Shown: one piece after another, positions 55,371 through 64,000 of the stretch | Layout of the letters: every line of letters starts with the position of its first letter | Numbering within the stretch: position 1 is the first letter of the stretch | Origin: Candidatus Bathyarchaeota archaeon | GTDB taxonomy: Archaea > Thermoproteota > Bathyarchaeia > Bathyarchaeales > Bathycorpusculaceae | Length of the DNA: 64,000 nucleotides | Assembly: GCA_963717465.1 (NCBI GenBank) | Contig: OY970340.1 | Coordinates: 1,792,001 to 1,856,000 of the forward strand | Direction: 5' to 3' | Made by a program: the position numbers and the translations under genes | The notes under the pieces: model-generated | What the model saw: the letters and a program-made list of their open reading frames with translations, nothing else | Database searches by the model: none | Told to the model about the DNA's origin: nothing

Positions 55371-56285
55371 TTAAATTTTGGAAAACAGCTTTAGCCCTTC
55401 ACTAATGGTTGAGAAGTTCAGCTCGTACAATGCTGACATTTCTGCTCCCATGCCGTAGCCGCATTTATCACAAATACCTTCAGCCGCTCCGATGCATTGA
55501 GAATATCTTTTTCCGTCTGGTAAAACAAAGTCAGTTATCCAACATTGTTTGCTATACTGGTTTTCGCGCAGTCTCTTTAGCCCTTCCGTAGAGTTTATGA
55601 TGGGATAGCCATCTTTTTTATATTTAAGAGTTTTATCGACAACTATCCGGCGTTTATCCCACGGCAGGAACATATCTTCCGTTCCCGCGTGCGGGGTGTG
55701 GAAATTTACAGAAATTCCTTTAATTTTGGGTGTTTCAGCTACAAGTTTCATTAAGTCGTCTAAACATTCCCAATTGATGACGTTGGCGACGAAGTTGACG
55801 CTGATATGAGAGTAAGCAGATTCTTTGATGTGCGTCATCAATTTATCGAATGAGCCTTCTCCTCTGACAGCATCGTGATACTTTTTAGTGCCGTCTAGGC
55901 TGACGAAGATGCGATCAGTGCTGCTCGCTGGTATCGGTAACGTCCCGTTAGTGCTGTAGCTGGTGGAAAGAAAGCCCATACGTTTTGCTTCCTGAACCAA
56001 GTATTCGATGTCATAATTACCATCACGCCAGAGCAAAGGTTCGCCACCTTCAAAAGTCACCATACGAGAGCCTGCATCATAGCATTGCTGCAAGAGATCC
56101 TTAACTTTAGCAAGCGGGAAATGTTCCTGGGGTATTTTGCCTTCATCCACCTGTTTTTCGATGGCACAGTGGCGGCAACGTAAATTACAATATGAGGTGA
56201 TGAAAATCACGGACTGCAAAGGCTTCCTTTTACCTAGAACACGACATTGCAGATACCAACCGGCATAATGAAATACTTCAAACAT
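55371..56285 (-). CDS. Radical SAM protein
   Basis: CNLRCRHC, FEGGEP, STNGT, VSLDG; C-terminal Cys cluster. Confidence 0.92.
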   Translation of the reverse strand: MFEVFHYAGWYLQCRVLGKRKPLQSVIFITSYCNLRCRHCAIEKQVDEGKIPQEHFPLAKVKDLLQQCYDAGSRMVTFEGGEPLLWRDGNYDIEYLVQEAKRMGFLSTSYSTNGTLPIPASSTDRIFVSLDGTKKYHDAVRGEGSFDKLMTHIKESAYSHISVNFVANVINWECLDDLMKLVAETPKIKGISVNFHTPHAGTEDMFLPWDKRRIVVDKTLKYKKDGYPIINSTEGLKRLRENQYSKQCWITDFVLPDGKRYSQCIGAAEGICDKCGYGMGAEMSALYELNFSTISEGLKLFSKI

Positions 56286-56297
56286 TTTTTTGACATC

Positions 56298-57314
56298 CTA
56301 CAAGATTAAATATACTGCATAGATAACATTGGCGGCGACTATAAGGAGCGTAGTGGTGATCATCACATTACGAGCTAACAGCCATCGCACCATGAACCAA
56401 TCGTGCCCTTCGACTTTCTGCTCCATTGGTCCCATCCACCAACGGGGTTTTTCCTCGCCGTAATCGCCTCTACTCAAACGGCGCATCATCATAACCAGTT
56501 TAACGGCCATGGGCAACGTTAGAAACAGCAAAACATAAGTCAAAGGCAATATCTTGAACAAAATGCCGGCGACAACTATCCCGTATACTATAAAGAAAAT
56601 CACCGGTAGCACGCTCGTAGCCGCTTTAGCGCCGCCAAGATAAGCAACAGAGGTTTTTTTCTCAACTGCGATATCGGGTTTGTAATCCATGATGGAATGG
56701 ACGAAGAGAATCAACCCAATAAGGCATCCGAGGACTATGCCGACGAACAACGGTGCCCAATCAAACCTTTGAGCGACAGCGTAATAAGTACCAACACATA
56801 TTCCTGGTCCCATCGCTGCCCCGACCACAAGCTCACCTAGACCACGGTAGCATAACTTTACAGGTGGCATGGAGTAGAAAAAGCAAATAAGTGCACCGAA
56901 CGCTGCAATGGCGATAACTGGCCATCCGGAAACGATCGTCAGGTAAGCTCCGGCGGCAGCGCCGGCCGCAAACAGAGCCATGGAAACATAGAACACGTTT
57001 TGCAGCCGGATTGTCCCGTTGACGACATAGGGAGCTTTGACTGTACGGATGCCTTCACCTTTAGATTCCCTAATTTTATTGCGGTGGAAAAAACCGGCAA
57101 TTTTCAAGTCGGCATAATCATCCAACAAGTTCGTGCCTGCGTGCACGGCTATGATACCTAAGAAAGCAATAATAAAGCGGCTCCAATCGAAGAAGCCGTT
57201 GGTAAAAGCTGTAAGGCCGCCCAGAATTACTGGCATGGCGGAATTCGGCAGGGAAATCCATCGGGAAGAATCAATCCATATCTTGGTCCGCTGTAAATTA
57301 GTAATGTTTGCCAT
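56298..57314 (-). CDS. UbiA/MenA-family prenyltransferase
   Basis: NLLDDYAD, YSMPPVKLCYRGLGE, MDYKPDIAVEKKT. Confidence 0.88.
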   Translation of the reverse strand: MANITNLQRTKIWIDSSRWISLPNSAMPVILGGLTAFTNGFFDWSRFIIAFLGIIAVHAGTNLLDDYADLKIAGFFHRNKIRESKGEGIRTVKAPYVVNGTIRLQNVFYVSMALFAAGAAAGAYLTIVSGWPVIAIAAFGALICFFYSMPPVKLCYRGLGELVVGAAMGPGICVGTYYAVAQRFDWAPLFVGIVLGCLIGLILFVHSIMDYKPDIAVEKKTSVAYLGGAKAATSVLPVIFFIVYGIVVAGILFKILPLTYVLLFLTLPMAVKLVMMMRRLSRGDYGEEKPRWWMGPMEQKVEGHDWFMVRWLLARNVMITTTLLIVAANVIYAVYLIL

Positions 57315-57450
57315 TCATTGCCCCCCATTAACGATACCATTTGGTACCTTAACCCAGATTAATATAGCTTCGTAACAAGTGACTGTTAATGTTTTATGTG
57401 GTTTCTGAACCTAAAACAAGCGAAACTTGAACAATTTGATGTTTCTTTTA

Positions 57451-57538
57451 TGGTGCAGAGGGTGGGATTCGAACCCACGAACCCCTACAGGATAGGCTCC
57501 TGAAGCCTACGCCTTTGACCAGGCTCGGCGACCTCTGC
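57451..57538 (-). tRNA. tRNA-Leu(CAG), CCA encoded
   Basis: GCAGAGG acceptor stem; anticodon arm TAGGC-TTCAGGA-GCCTA; long variable arm; GGTTCGAATCC; ACCA end. Confidence 0.95.
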
Positions 57539-57791
57539 ACTCAATATGCAATTGAGCAGTAATTCAAAATAATCCTTACTGATAAATACTGCTGCCAATT
57601 TGCCACCAATATTTGGAAATGCAATAGGTTTTATCTAATCATTCTTCAAATACCAGATTTGAGTTAAAATGACTCCGCAGCAAATTGCCAAAGCATCCAA
57701 ACCCACTATTTCATTAAATTCTGTATTCTATATAGCTTATTTGTGGAAGACTTAAGAACTGACACGCTACTTTGACGTTGAGGTTAACACT

Positions 57792-57917
57792 TTGGTTGAG
57801 CTATTCTTCAAAAGTCCAAAATGCAATGCCGAATTGAGTGACCCAAAACAACTTCAAGAACACAGAATGAGCGCACACAAAAACGTTGTTGCCGAATTGA
57901 AACGAGTACAACATTAA
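57792..57917 (+). CDS. Small C2H2-like zinc-finger peptide (first Cys replaced by Ser)
   Basis: GAGGT SD before TTG; FKSPKCNAELSDPKQLQEHRMSAH. Confidence 0.55.
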   Translation: MVELFFKSPKCNAELSDPKQLQEHRMSAHKNVVAELKRVQH

Positions 57918-58113
57918 GTGCAAGGTTCAAGGAACTTTTTCCCTGTGCTTTGTGTTACTCTAACCGTGTTTAAGTGTAAGAAATTCAAACCCAAGTTTTC
58001 CTAACTAAATGGTTTATAGAGCTTCAATTAGTAACAAGGAATCATTCTGTATTAGAATTTCTAACCAGCATGCTTTTATCAAATGACGCTTGCTATTTTC
58101 AGGGAAAGAAGTA

Positions 58114-58704
58114 ATGGATTACACGTTCACAGCCGGCTTAGCCCAAGCTGTAATAGCCTTATTCGTAGTTGTCGATCCATTAGGAAACATTCCAATTTTT
58201 ATCGGGTTAACCCAAACCTTGAACGCCAAACAAAAAAGAAAAGTTTACAATACTGCAGTTCTTGTGGGTTTCATTTTGCTTTTGATCTTCGCGTTAACGG
58301 GCCAAGCAATCTTTTATCTTCTCGGCATAACACTCTCAAGTTTTGAGATAGCCGGAGGAATATTACTTCTAATAATTTCAGTGAGAATATTAGTTACAGG
58401 CAGCATGCACGAAAACGTTGAATCACCTGAAAGTTTAGGTGCTGTCCCAATAGCGATTCCTCTCCTTGTAGGGCCCGGAGCAATAACCGCTACCATCATC
58501 AACCTTCAAACCTTCGACATTATTATAACAGTCCTGTCAGTGGTAATTGTGTTAGCAATAACATGGGTTGTTCTAAGGTTCATTGATAGAATTTACAAAT
58601 TCTTGGGAACAACCGGAACTTTGGTTATAGCAAGAGTAATGGCGCTCTTTATAGCAGCCATCGCAGTTGAATACATAATACACGGGATAACTGCTCTGTT
58701 TTAA
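58114..58704 (+). CDS. MarC family membrane protein
   Basis: VVDPLGNIPIF, VPIAIPLLVGPGAI. Confidence 0.92.
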   Translation: MDYTFTAGLAQAVIALFVVVDPLGNIPIFIGLTQTLNAKQKRKVYNTAVLVGFILLLIFALTGQAIFYLLGITLSSFEIAGGILLLIISVRILVTGSMHENVESPESLGAVPIAIPLLVGPGAITATIINLQTFDIIITVLSVVIVLAITWVVLRFIDRIYKFLGTTGTLVIARVMALFIAAIAVEYIIHGITALF

Positions 58705-59119
58705 TAGTTAATTTGGAAAATTAAACTTTTTATTTGACCAGAAAACACTATCAAAGACTTCAGAGTTCCTTCTTGGTTCTTAAGAAGGAAACCTTATAAG
58801 CGATTAAAAAGTTGATATATAACTAACTATTCTTGAAAATTTTGAACGGATTTGCAAAAAGAAAGAAGAATTGGCATTTGTTATCTATAAGAATAGGCAT
58901 TGTTCTAAGTGAAAAAAGATTTTGTAAATACAATATTTAAACAGTTGCAGAAAAGGTAATTAGTTTTTAGTTAACAGTTAAATCATTCATCCCTACTGTT
59001 TAAATACTTCAACTGAGAAAGTAATTATATGAGGGAAAGCCTCACGCTTGTTTTAGTGAATTATTATTGAACTAGCATGTTTTTTCTATCCACTTCTGTT
59101 AGGGAGGGAACGATTAGCT

Positions 59120-59500
59120 TTGAGTATAAATCAAAAAGAAATTGTTGACGAATTAAAAGTTGAGTGGAAAAAACTTTGGCGAGAGAGAGTCGATGATAAA
59201 GTCAGAGCTGAAGGCATAGCAATCAACGACTACTCAACATTGTTTGTTGACAAGGGAACAATCATTCATGCAACTAGAGACTATAAAGCATTAAGCTTCA
59301 AAGAGATTTTAGAAGGACACAAGGTTCTAAACACGGAAAGATACATTCCGCCGGATCCTCAAGTTGGCGGATGGACTAAATTTATTAAAACAAACATTTC
59401 AAACAAACATTTAGAAAAAAAACAAGAAGTACTTTATGTGAAAGAAAAAAAATTGAATCGGCAACCAAAGAAGGGTGGCCGAGGCTGGCTTCACGTTTAA
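59120..59500 (+). CDS. Hypothetical protein
   Basis: GGAGG SD; 126-aa ORF. Confidence 0.7.
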   Translation: MSINQKEIVDELKVEWKKLWRERVDDKVRAEGIAINDYSTLFVDKGTIIHATRDYKALSFKEILEGHKVLNTERYIPPDPQVGGWTKFIKTNISNKHLEKKQEVLYVKEKKLNRQPKKGGRGWLHV

Positions 59501-59559
59501 ACTTTTTTTGAAATTGAATTTCTATCTTTAGCATCTCTTTTTTAGTTAGCTTAGAGGAA

Positions 59560-59898
59560 ATGCTCTTGGGCAATTATAGAGGAAAACTCGACATTATCGC
59601 TGACATTCTAGTGGCTGCAAGTCGAGACGCTAAGAAAACACAGATAATGTACCAGGCAAACTTAAGTTACAAGGTTCTGATGCGTTATCTAGAGGAAACA
59701 ATTGGTGCTTCTTTAATTAGATTTGAACATGGAAGACAATGCTACATGTTGACTTCAAAGGGGCAAGAATATTTGGATGCTTACCGAGAATATTCTCGGA
59801 CAAACAAGACCATCGAAAAACGTCTTAATGATTTTTCAACAAAAAAGAAAATTTTGGAAGACTTATGCTCAAGGGGCTCTTTTCAGACAACAAACTAA
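59560..59898 (+). CDS. Winged-helix transcriptional regulator (COG3432-like)
   Basis: YRGKLDIIADIL...KTQIMYQANLSY...YMLTSKG. Confidence 0.88.
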   Translation: MLLGNYRGKLDIIADILVAASRDAKKTQIMYQANLSYKVLMRYLEETIGASLIRFEHGRQCYMLTSKGQEYLDAYREYSRTNKTIEKRLNDFSTKKKILEDLCSRGSFQTTN

Positions 59899-59978
59899 AC
59901 ATTTTGTGAAAGCGAAAAAAAAGATTAGACTTCAAATTATTGGCCCCGTTTTAATGAAAAAATTGAGGAGAGCTGAAT

Positions 59979-60570
59979 ATGAATTTGGGACAGTATAAAA
60001 TACTCGCAGTTATTATCGCTGCTACTGTAGTGTTGTTTTTTGCTTCCCCTGTTTTGTCTCAACTTTTAACAGCTACTCAAACTACCAGTTTTACTGAATT
60101 TTCACTTTTAGGGTCAGATCATAACACGTCATCTTACCCTTATTCAATCAAAAGCGGACAAAGCTTCACCTTATATCTTGAAGTTGACAACCATTTGGGG
60201 TCTGTTGGAAATTATCTTATTCAAGTAAAATTCAGGGATCCATCTGACTCAGCGCCTGACAGCTTCAGCAAGACAAGTAGTACAATGCCCTCTTTGTATA
60301 ATATACCAGCCACAGTTGATAATCAAAAAAACCTTGAGATACCATTGATTATTTCATTAAATTACGTTGCAGGTTCTTCCACAGCAACTTTGGTAAGCAT
60401 AACTGTAAACGGCGATACCGTCAATGGCAATTCAATAGTCGTGAGTCATGATTCAACTACTAGGCGGATGCTTCGGAAATTTATTTTTCGAACTTTGGCT
60501 ATTCAACAGTACGACCAACACTTACGAGTATAATCAACGATACGTAAGTTTATGGCTTAACCTATCTTAA
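59979..60570 (+). CDS. DUF1616-like membrane-anchored protein; frameshift near 60465
   Basis: FTEFSLLG...YP, VDNHLG; second frame ends FIFELWLFN...YVSLWLNLS. Confidence 0.7.
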
Positions 60571-60637
60571 ACTTCATTTAGATCCAATCTAACGATTGCT
60601 TTCTCACAATCTTAAAAAATACTCAAAGGGGAAGTAA

Positions 60638-61270
60638 ATGGTTTTTAAATCTGATGTAATCCTCGCTGTAGGCGCGCATCCCGATGATATTGAATTGGGC
60701 TGCGGAGGGACTATTAGTGCTGCCTCTAAACTTGGGAAAAAAGTTATCGCCGTGTTTTTAAGCAAGGGTGAACGAAGTGGCAATCCTGAAATTAGACCTA
60801 AAGAAAGCATTGAGGCGCTTGCAACTCTAGGCGTGAAAGAAGTATATTTTGGAGATTTTCCTGACACTGAAATTCCCTGCTCTCGACAGGCAATTGATTT
60901 TCTTGAAGCCTTCTTCATTGCAAATAAACCTGACACAATCTTAACCCATACAGTTAATGATATACATCAAGATCATCGCCAAGTAGGTTGGCTTTCAATG
61001 TCAGCCTTCAGGAATGCGCCAAGGCTTTTAGCGTATGAAACTCCAAGGGTTACACCAGCTTTTTCACCAACTTACTTTGTGGATATTACGAACTGCGTCG
61101 ACGATAAATGGACAGCGCTGAAATGCCATTTTTCCCAGAAAGCAAAAAGATACATTGCTTACGAGTCAATGGTTAATTTGGCATCTTTTAGGGGCAGTCA
61201 AGTAAGTCTTTCAGCAGCTGAAGCTTTTGAAGTAGTTCGATACATAGAAAAACTTGAAAAAATCCAATAA
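60638..61270 (+). CDS. PIG-L family deacetylase
   Basis: AHPDDIELGCGG, DIHQDH, HFSQ. Confidence 0.92.
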   Translation: MVFKSDVILAVGAHPDDIELGCGGTISAASKLGKKVIAVFLSKGERSGNPEIRPKESIEALATLGVKEVYFGDFPDTEIPCSRQAIDFLEAFFIANKPDTILTHTVNDIHQDHRQVGWLSMSAFRNAPRLLAYETPRVTPAFSPTYFVDITNCVDDKWTALKCHFSQKAKRYIAYESMVNLASFRGSQVSLSAAEAFEVVRYIEKLEKIQ

Positions 61271-61275
61271 ATTGG

Positions 61276-61980
61276 GTGGTGACACGATTGATCGTTTCAG
61301 GTCATCAACCCAACTATTTACCTTGGCTGGGTTTTTTTGATAAAATTAATCGATCAGATGTCTTCATAATAGAAGACAATGTCCAATTTGAAAAACAAGG
61401 TTTTACAAATAGAAATAAAATAAAAACTTCTGATGGCGCCAGATGGCTAAGTGTGCCCATAAAACATGTCAACGGACCATTAAATATCAACCAAGTCAGA
61501 ATAGCCAATAAAGAAGAGCCAGACTGGGCACAACGACACTGGCTAACACTTAAACACAGTTACTGCAAAGCGCCATATTGGCGTGACTTCAGCGAATATT
61601 TCGAAGATGGCTACAGCAGGCAATGGACTTTACTTATAGATTTGAATATGCATTTCATAAAAGGCATCATGCATTTTCTGGAAATATCCACCCCGCTAGT
61701 AATGGCTTCATCACTGGAAGCTACTGGAAGAAAAAACGAGTTAATAATTGCTCAATGCAAAGCACTTGGTGCCGACATTCAACTCGCCGGAATTGGTGGA
61801 CGTGAATACATTGATCCAACACGATTCGAAAAAGAAGGAATAAAAGTAGTTTTTCAGAATTTCCATCATCCAGTTTATAACCAATTGCATGGTCGATTCA
61901 CGCCAAATCTATCCATAGTCGATTATCTTTTTTGTACTGGCGCAAAAGATTGGAACCAAAAATTATCAATTAAAAACTAG
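61276..61980 (+). CDS. WbqC-family protein
   Basis: HQPNYLPWLGFF, NRNKIKT, YNQLHG...LSIVDYLF. Confidence 0.92.
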   Translation: MVTRLIVSGHQPNYLPWLGFFDKINRSDVFIIEDNVQFEKQGFTNRNKIKTSDGARWLSVPIKHVNGPLNINQVRIANKEEPDWAQRHWLTLKHSYCKAPYWRDFSEYFEDGYSRQWTLLIDLNMHFIKGIMHFLEISTPLVMASSLEATGRKNELIIAQCKALGADIQLAGIGGREYIDPTRFEKEGIKVVFQNFHHPVYNQLHGRFTPNLSIVDYLFCTGAKDWNQKLSIKN

Positions 61981-61990
61981 GTGAATAAAC

Positions 61991-63147
61991 TTGAAAGAAA
62001 TTCTGTCTTCAGCTCCATTTTTCCCAGAAGAAAGCTTGTCAACCATTCTTAAAGAAATTGAATCGACACTAAAGAGCGGTAAATTAACGGATGGCCCGCA
62101 AGCAAAAGATTTTGAAGAGAAATTTGCTCAATATAACAATGTGAAATATGCAGTTTCAGTAAATTCTGGAACAGCAGCGCTTGAAGTCGCTATTGCGACA
62201 TTTTAAGGTAAAGGGCAAAGAGGTCATCGTTCCCACAAACACTTTTATATCTACACCCAACTCGGTTATTTTTGCCGGCGGCAAACCTGTTTTTGCAGAC
62301 ATGTGCGCTGACACTCTATGCATTGACCCTGAAGATGTAAAAAGAAAACTCTCAACAAAAACCGCAGGCTTAATCGTTGTGCACATAGCAGGGCTTATTT
62401 GTCCTCAAATAAATGAGCTTAAACAGTTTTGCGAGGAAAATAACCTGTTTCTCATGGAGGATGCAGCTCACGCGCATGGTGCAACGCTAAATGGACAAAA
62501 GGCAGGTACATTTGGGGATGCGGGTTGTTTTTCATTTTATCCAACGAAAGTCATGACTTCCTGCGAAGGTGGAATGATAATAACAAATGATGCTACATTA
62601 GATCAAGACGCACGCTGCTTGCGAACGGTTGGCCAAAACCAGCAGAAGCAAGCAGTAATGCTAGGACACAATTGGCGATTAAATGAAGTTGCTGCCATTA
62701 TTGGAAAGAATCAGCTTGAAAATCTTGAAAAATTCCTAAACAAACGAAATGAATTGGCACGTTACTACGAAAATGCTTTAATACACATTGACGGGTTAAC
62801 CCTATTTGAAGCTCCGAAAAACGGTCGACACAGTTACTACAAGTATCCTGTAAAACTTGCAGATGGAATTGACCGTGAAAAACTAAGCAATAGACCTAAA
62901 GGAAAAATATGGTATTGAAACCGGGCATGTTTACTATCCGCCATGCCATATGCAACCATTATACCTTGAGAGTTTTGGTACTCGCCTTGGAGATTTTCCA
63001 GTCGCAGAAAAAGTGCTTAAACAAGTTTTGTGTTTGCCAATGCGTTATGACTTGACTTTTGAGGATATTGACTATATTCGAGACGCAATAGTTGATTGCA
63101 TCGGCGAGTATGCAATTGTTGATTCTATTGGCGAGGTTTTTAATTAG
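61991..63147 (+). CDS. DegT/DnrJ/EryC1/StrS sugar aminotransferase; two frameshifts (~62190, ~62895)
   Basis: NSGTAAL, EDAAHAHG, FSFYPTKVMTSCEGG and LCLPM are spread over three consecutive ORFs. Confidence 0.88.
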
Positions 63148-63184
63148 TTTCAAATTGAACTAAGCTGTTTTGCAGTGGTAGAAT

Positions 63185-63806
63185 GTGCCTAAAAATATGA
63201 AAATTGAATCCAGATTTTATGGTGGAACGCTTCAGCGTGTTCCAGTTCGACCATCGGAGTTAGACCGTTTCAAGCTTGGAAAAAAGAAATATTATGAAAT
63301 TGCAAGTTTAACTCAGAATGATGCACCTTTTTGTCTTGACATAGCTTGCGGTGCAAATCCTTTTCCTCATGCAAACATTCTCTGTGATCTCCATGCAACT
63401 CCAGTTCCTGATAGGCGCATGAAAAATCTCGTCACAAATGGAAAGCCCTTTGTTTTATGCAGCTGCAGTTTTCTTCCTTTTAAGGGAAAAGCGTTTGATT
63501 TTGTTACCAGCTATTATCTAATTGAGCATGTAGATGATCCTTGGAGTTTATTTAGGGAATTAAACCGCGTCTCGAAACACGGGTACATTCAATGTCCATC
63601 CTGGTTCAATGAACTTTTCTATGGCGAAGATGTGCATTCTTGGTTAGTGTTTAACCGAAAAGGCAAATTATTCGTGAAACCTATCAATGGTTCACTTCAT
63701 TTTGGTTTTATATTTAACAAATTGTATCAAGAATAAATCATGGCAAGTCTTACATGCAATCCTTGATGAAACTTTTCACCTATTCACGATTGGCTACAGC
63801 TTTTAA
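63185..63806 (+). CDS. Class I SAM-dependent methyltransferase; frameshift near 63730
   Basis: LDIACGANP, LPFKGKAFDFV, IEHVDDP. Confidence 0.8.
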
Positions 63807-63820
63807 AGAGTTGACTGTGT

Positions 63821-64000
63821 TTGAGCGAGTACATTAGATCTTCACGGCCATTTTTTCCAAAAGAAGATACAATGCAAACATTTTGGCTGAAATCAACGCT
63901 GTTTTAGAAAATGGCCAACTTAGAAACGGCAAAAACGTTGAGCTTTTTGAAAAATTAGTTGCTCAATATGTAGGAATCAAGAATGCTGTTGCTTTTGATT
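63821..64000 (+). CDS. Second DegT-family aminotransferase, N-terminus (partial, frameshifted)
   Basis: SSRPFFP...VLENGQLRNGKNVELFEKLVAQYVGIKNAVAF parallels the N-terminus of 61991. Confidence 0.7.

Noticed and set aside
57451..57538. Possible tRNA-Sec, because TTCA appears in the anticodon loop
   Set aside because: The 7-nt loop TTCAGGA centres on CAG; the 7-bp acceptor stem and A discriminator fit tRNA-Leu.

Overview
Archaeal chromosomal DNA, most likely Bathyarchaeia judging from the 16S rRNA and gene content (inferred, not searched). Housekeeping blocks include an SMC-like ATPase, DNA ligase, thioredoxin, dtdA-secE-spt5-rpl11-rpl1-rplP0, argF, a stand-alone 16S rRNA, uppS, ychF, pheST, tRNA-Leu and the start of a surface-glycan locus. 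They flank a ~21 kb accessory island (~14.6-35.5 kb) and a small defence-like cluster (OLD nuclease, Cas4-like nuclease, AAA ATPase). The island holds the main discoveries. First, a close acetylene-hydratase homologue keeps the catalytic Asp13. Second, another Mo/W-bisPGD enzyme is split in the ORF track only by an in-frame TGA at the metal-ligand Cys position, followed immediately by a bacterial-type SECIS-like hairpin, making it a candidate selenoprotein in an archaeon. Third, an unannotated small ORF with a CxxU motif lies just upstream of that gene. Fourth, a palindromic operator is shared by three promoters near a TrmB regulator. Fifth, a HEPN gene has been cut in two by a 10.4 kb insertion carrying a ~3100-aa Ig/PKD-repeat surface protein. 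Many single-base frameshifts, including one in essential rpl1, point to indel errors in the assembly, so frameshifted genes are not assumed to be pseudogenes.
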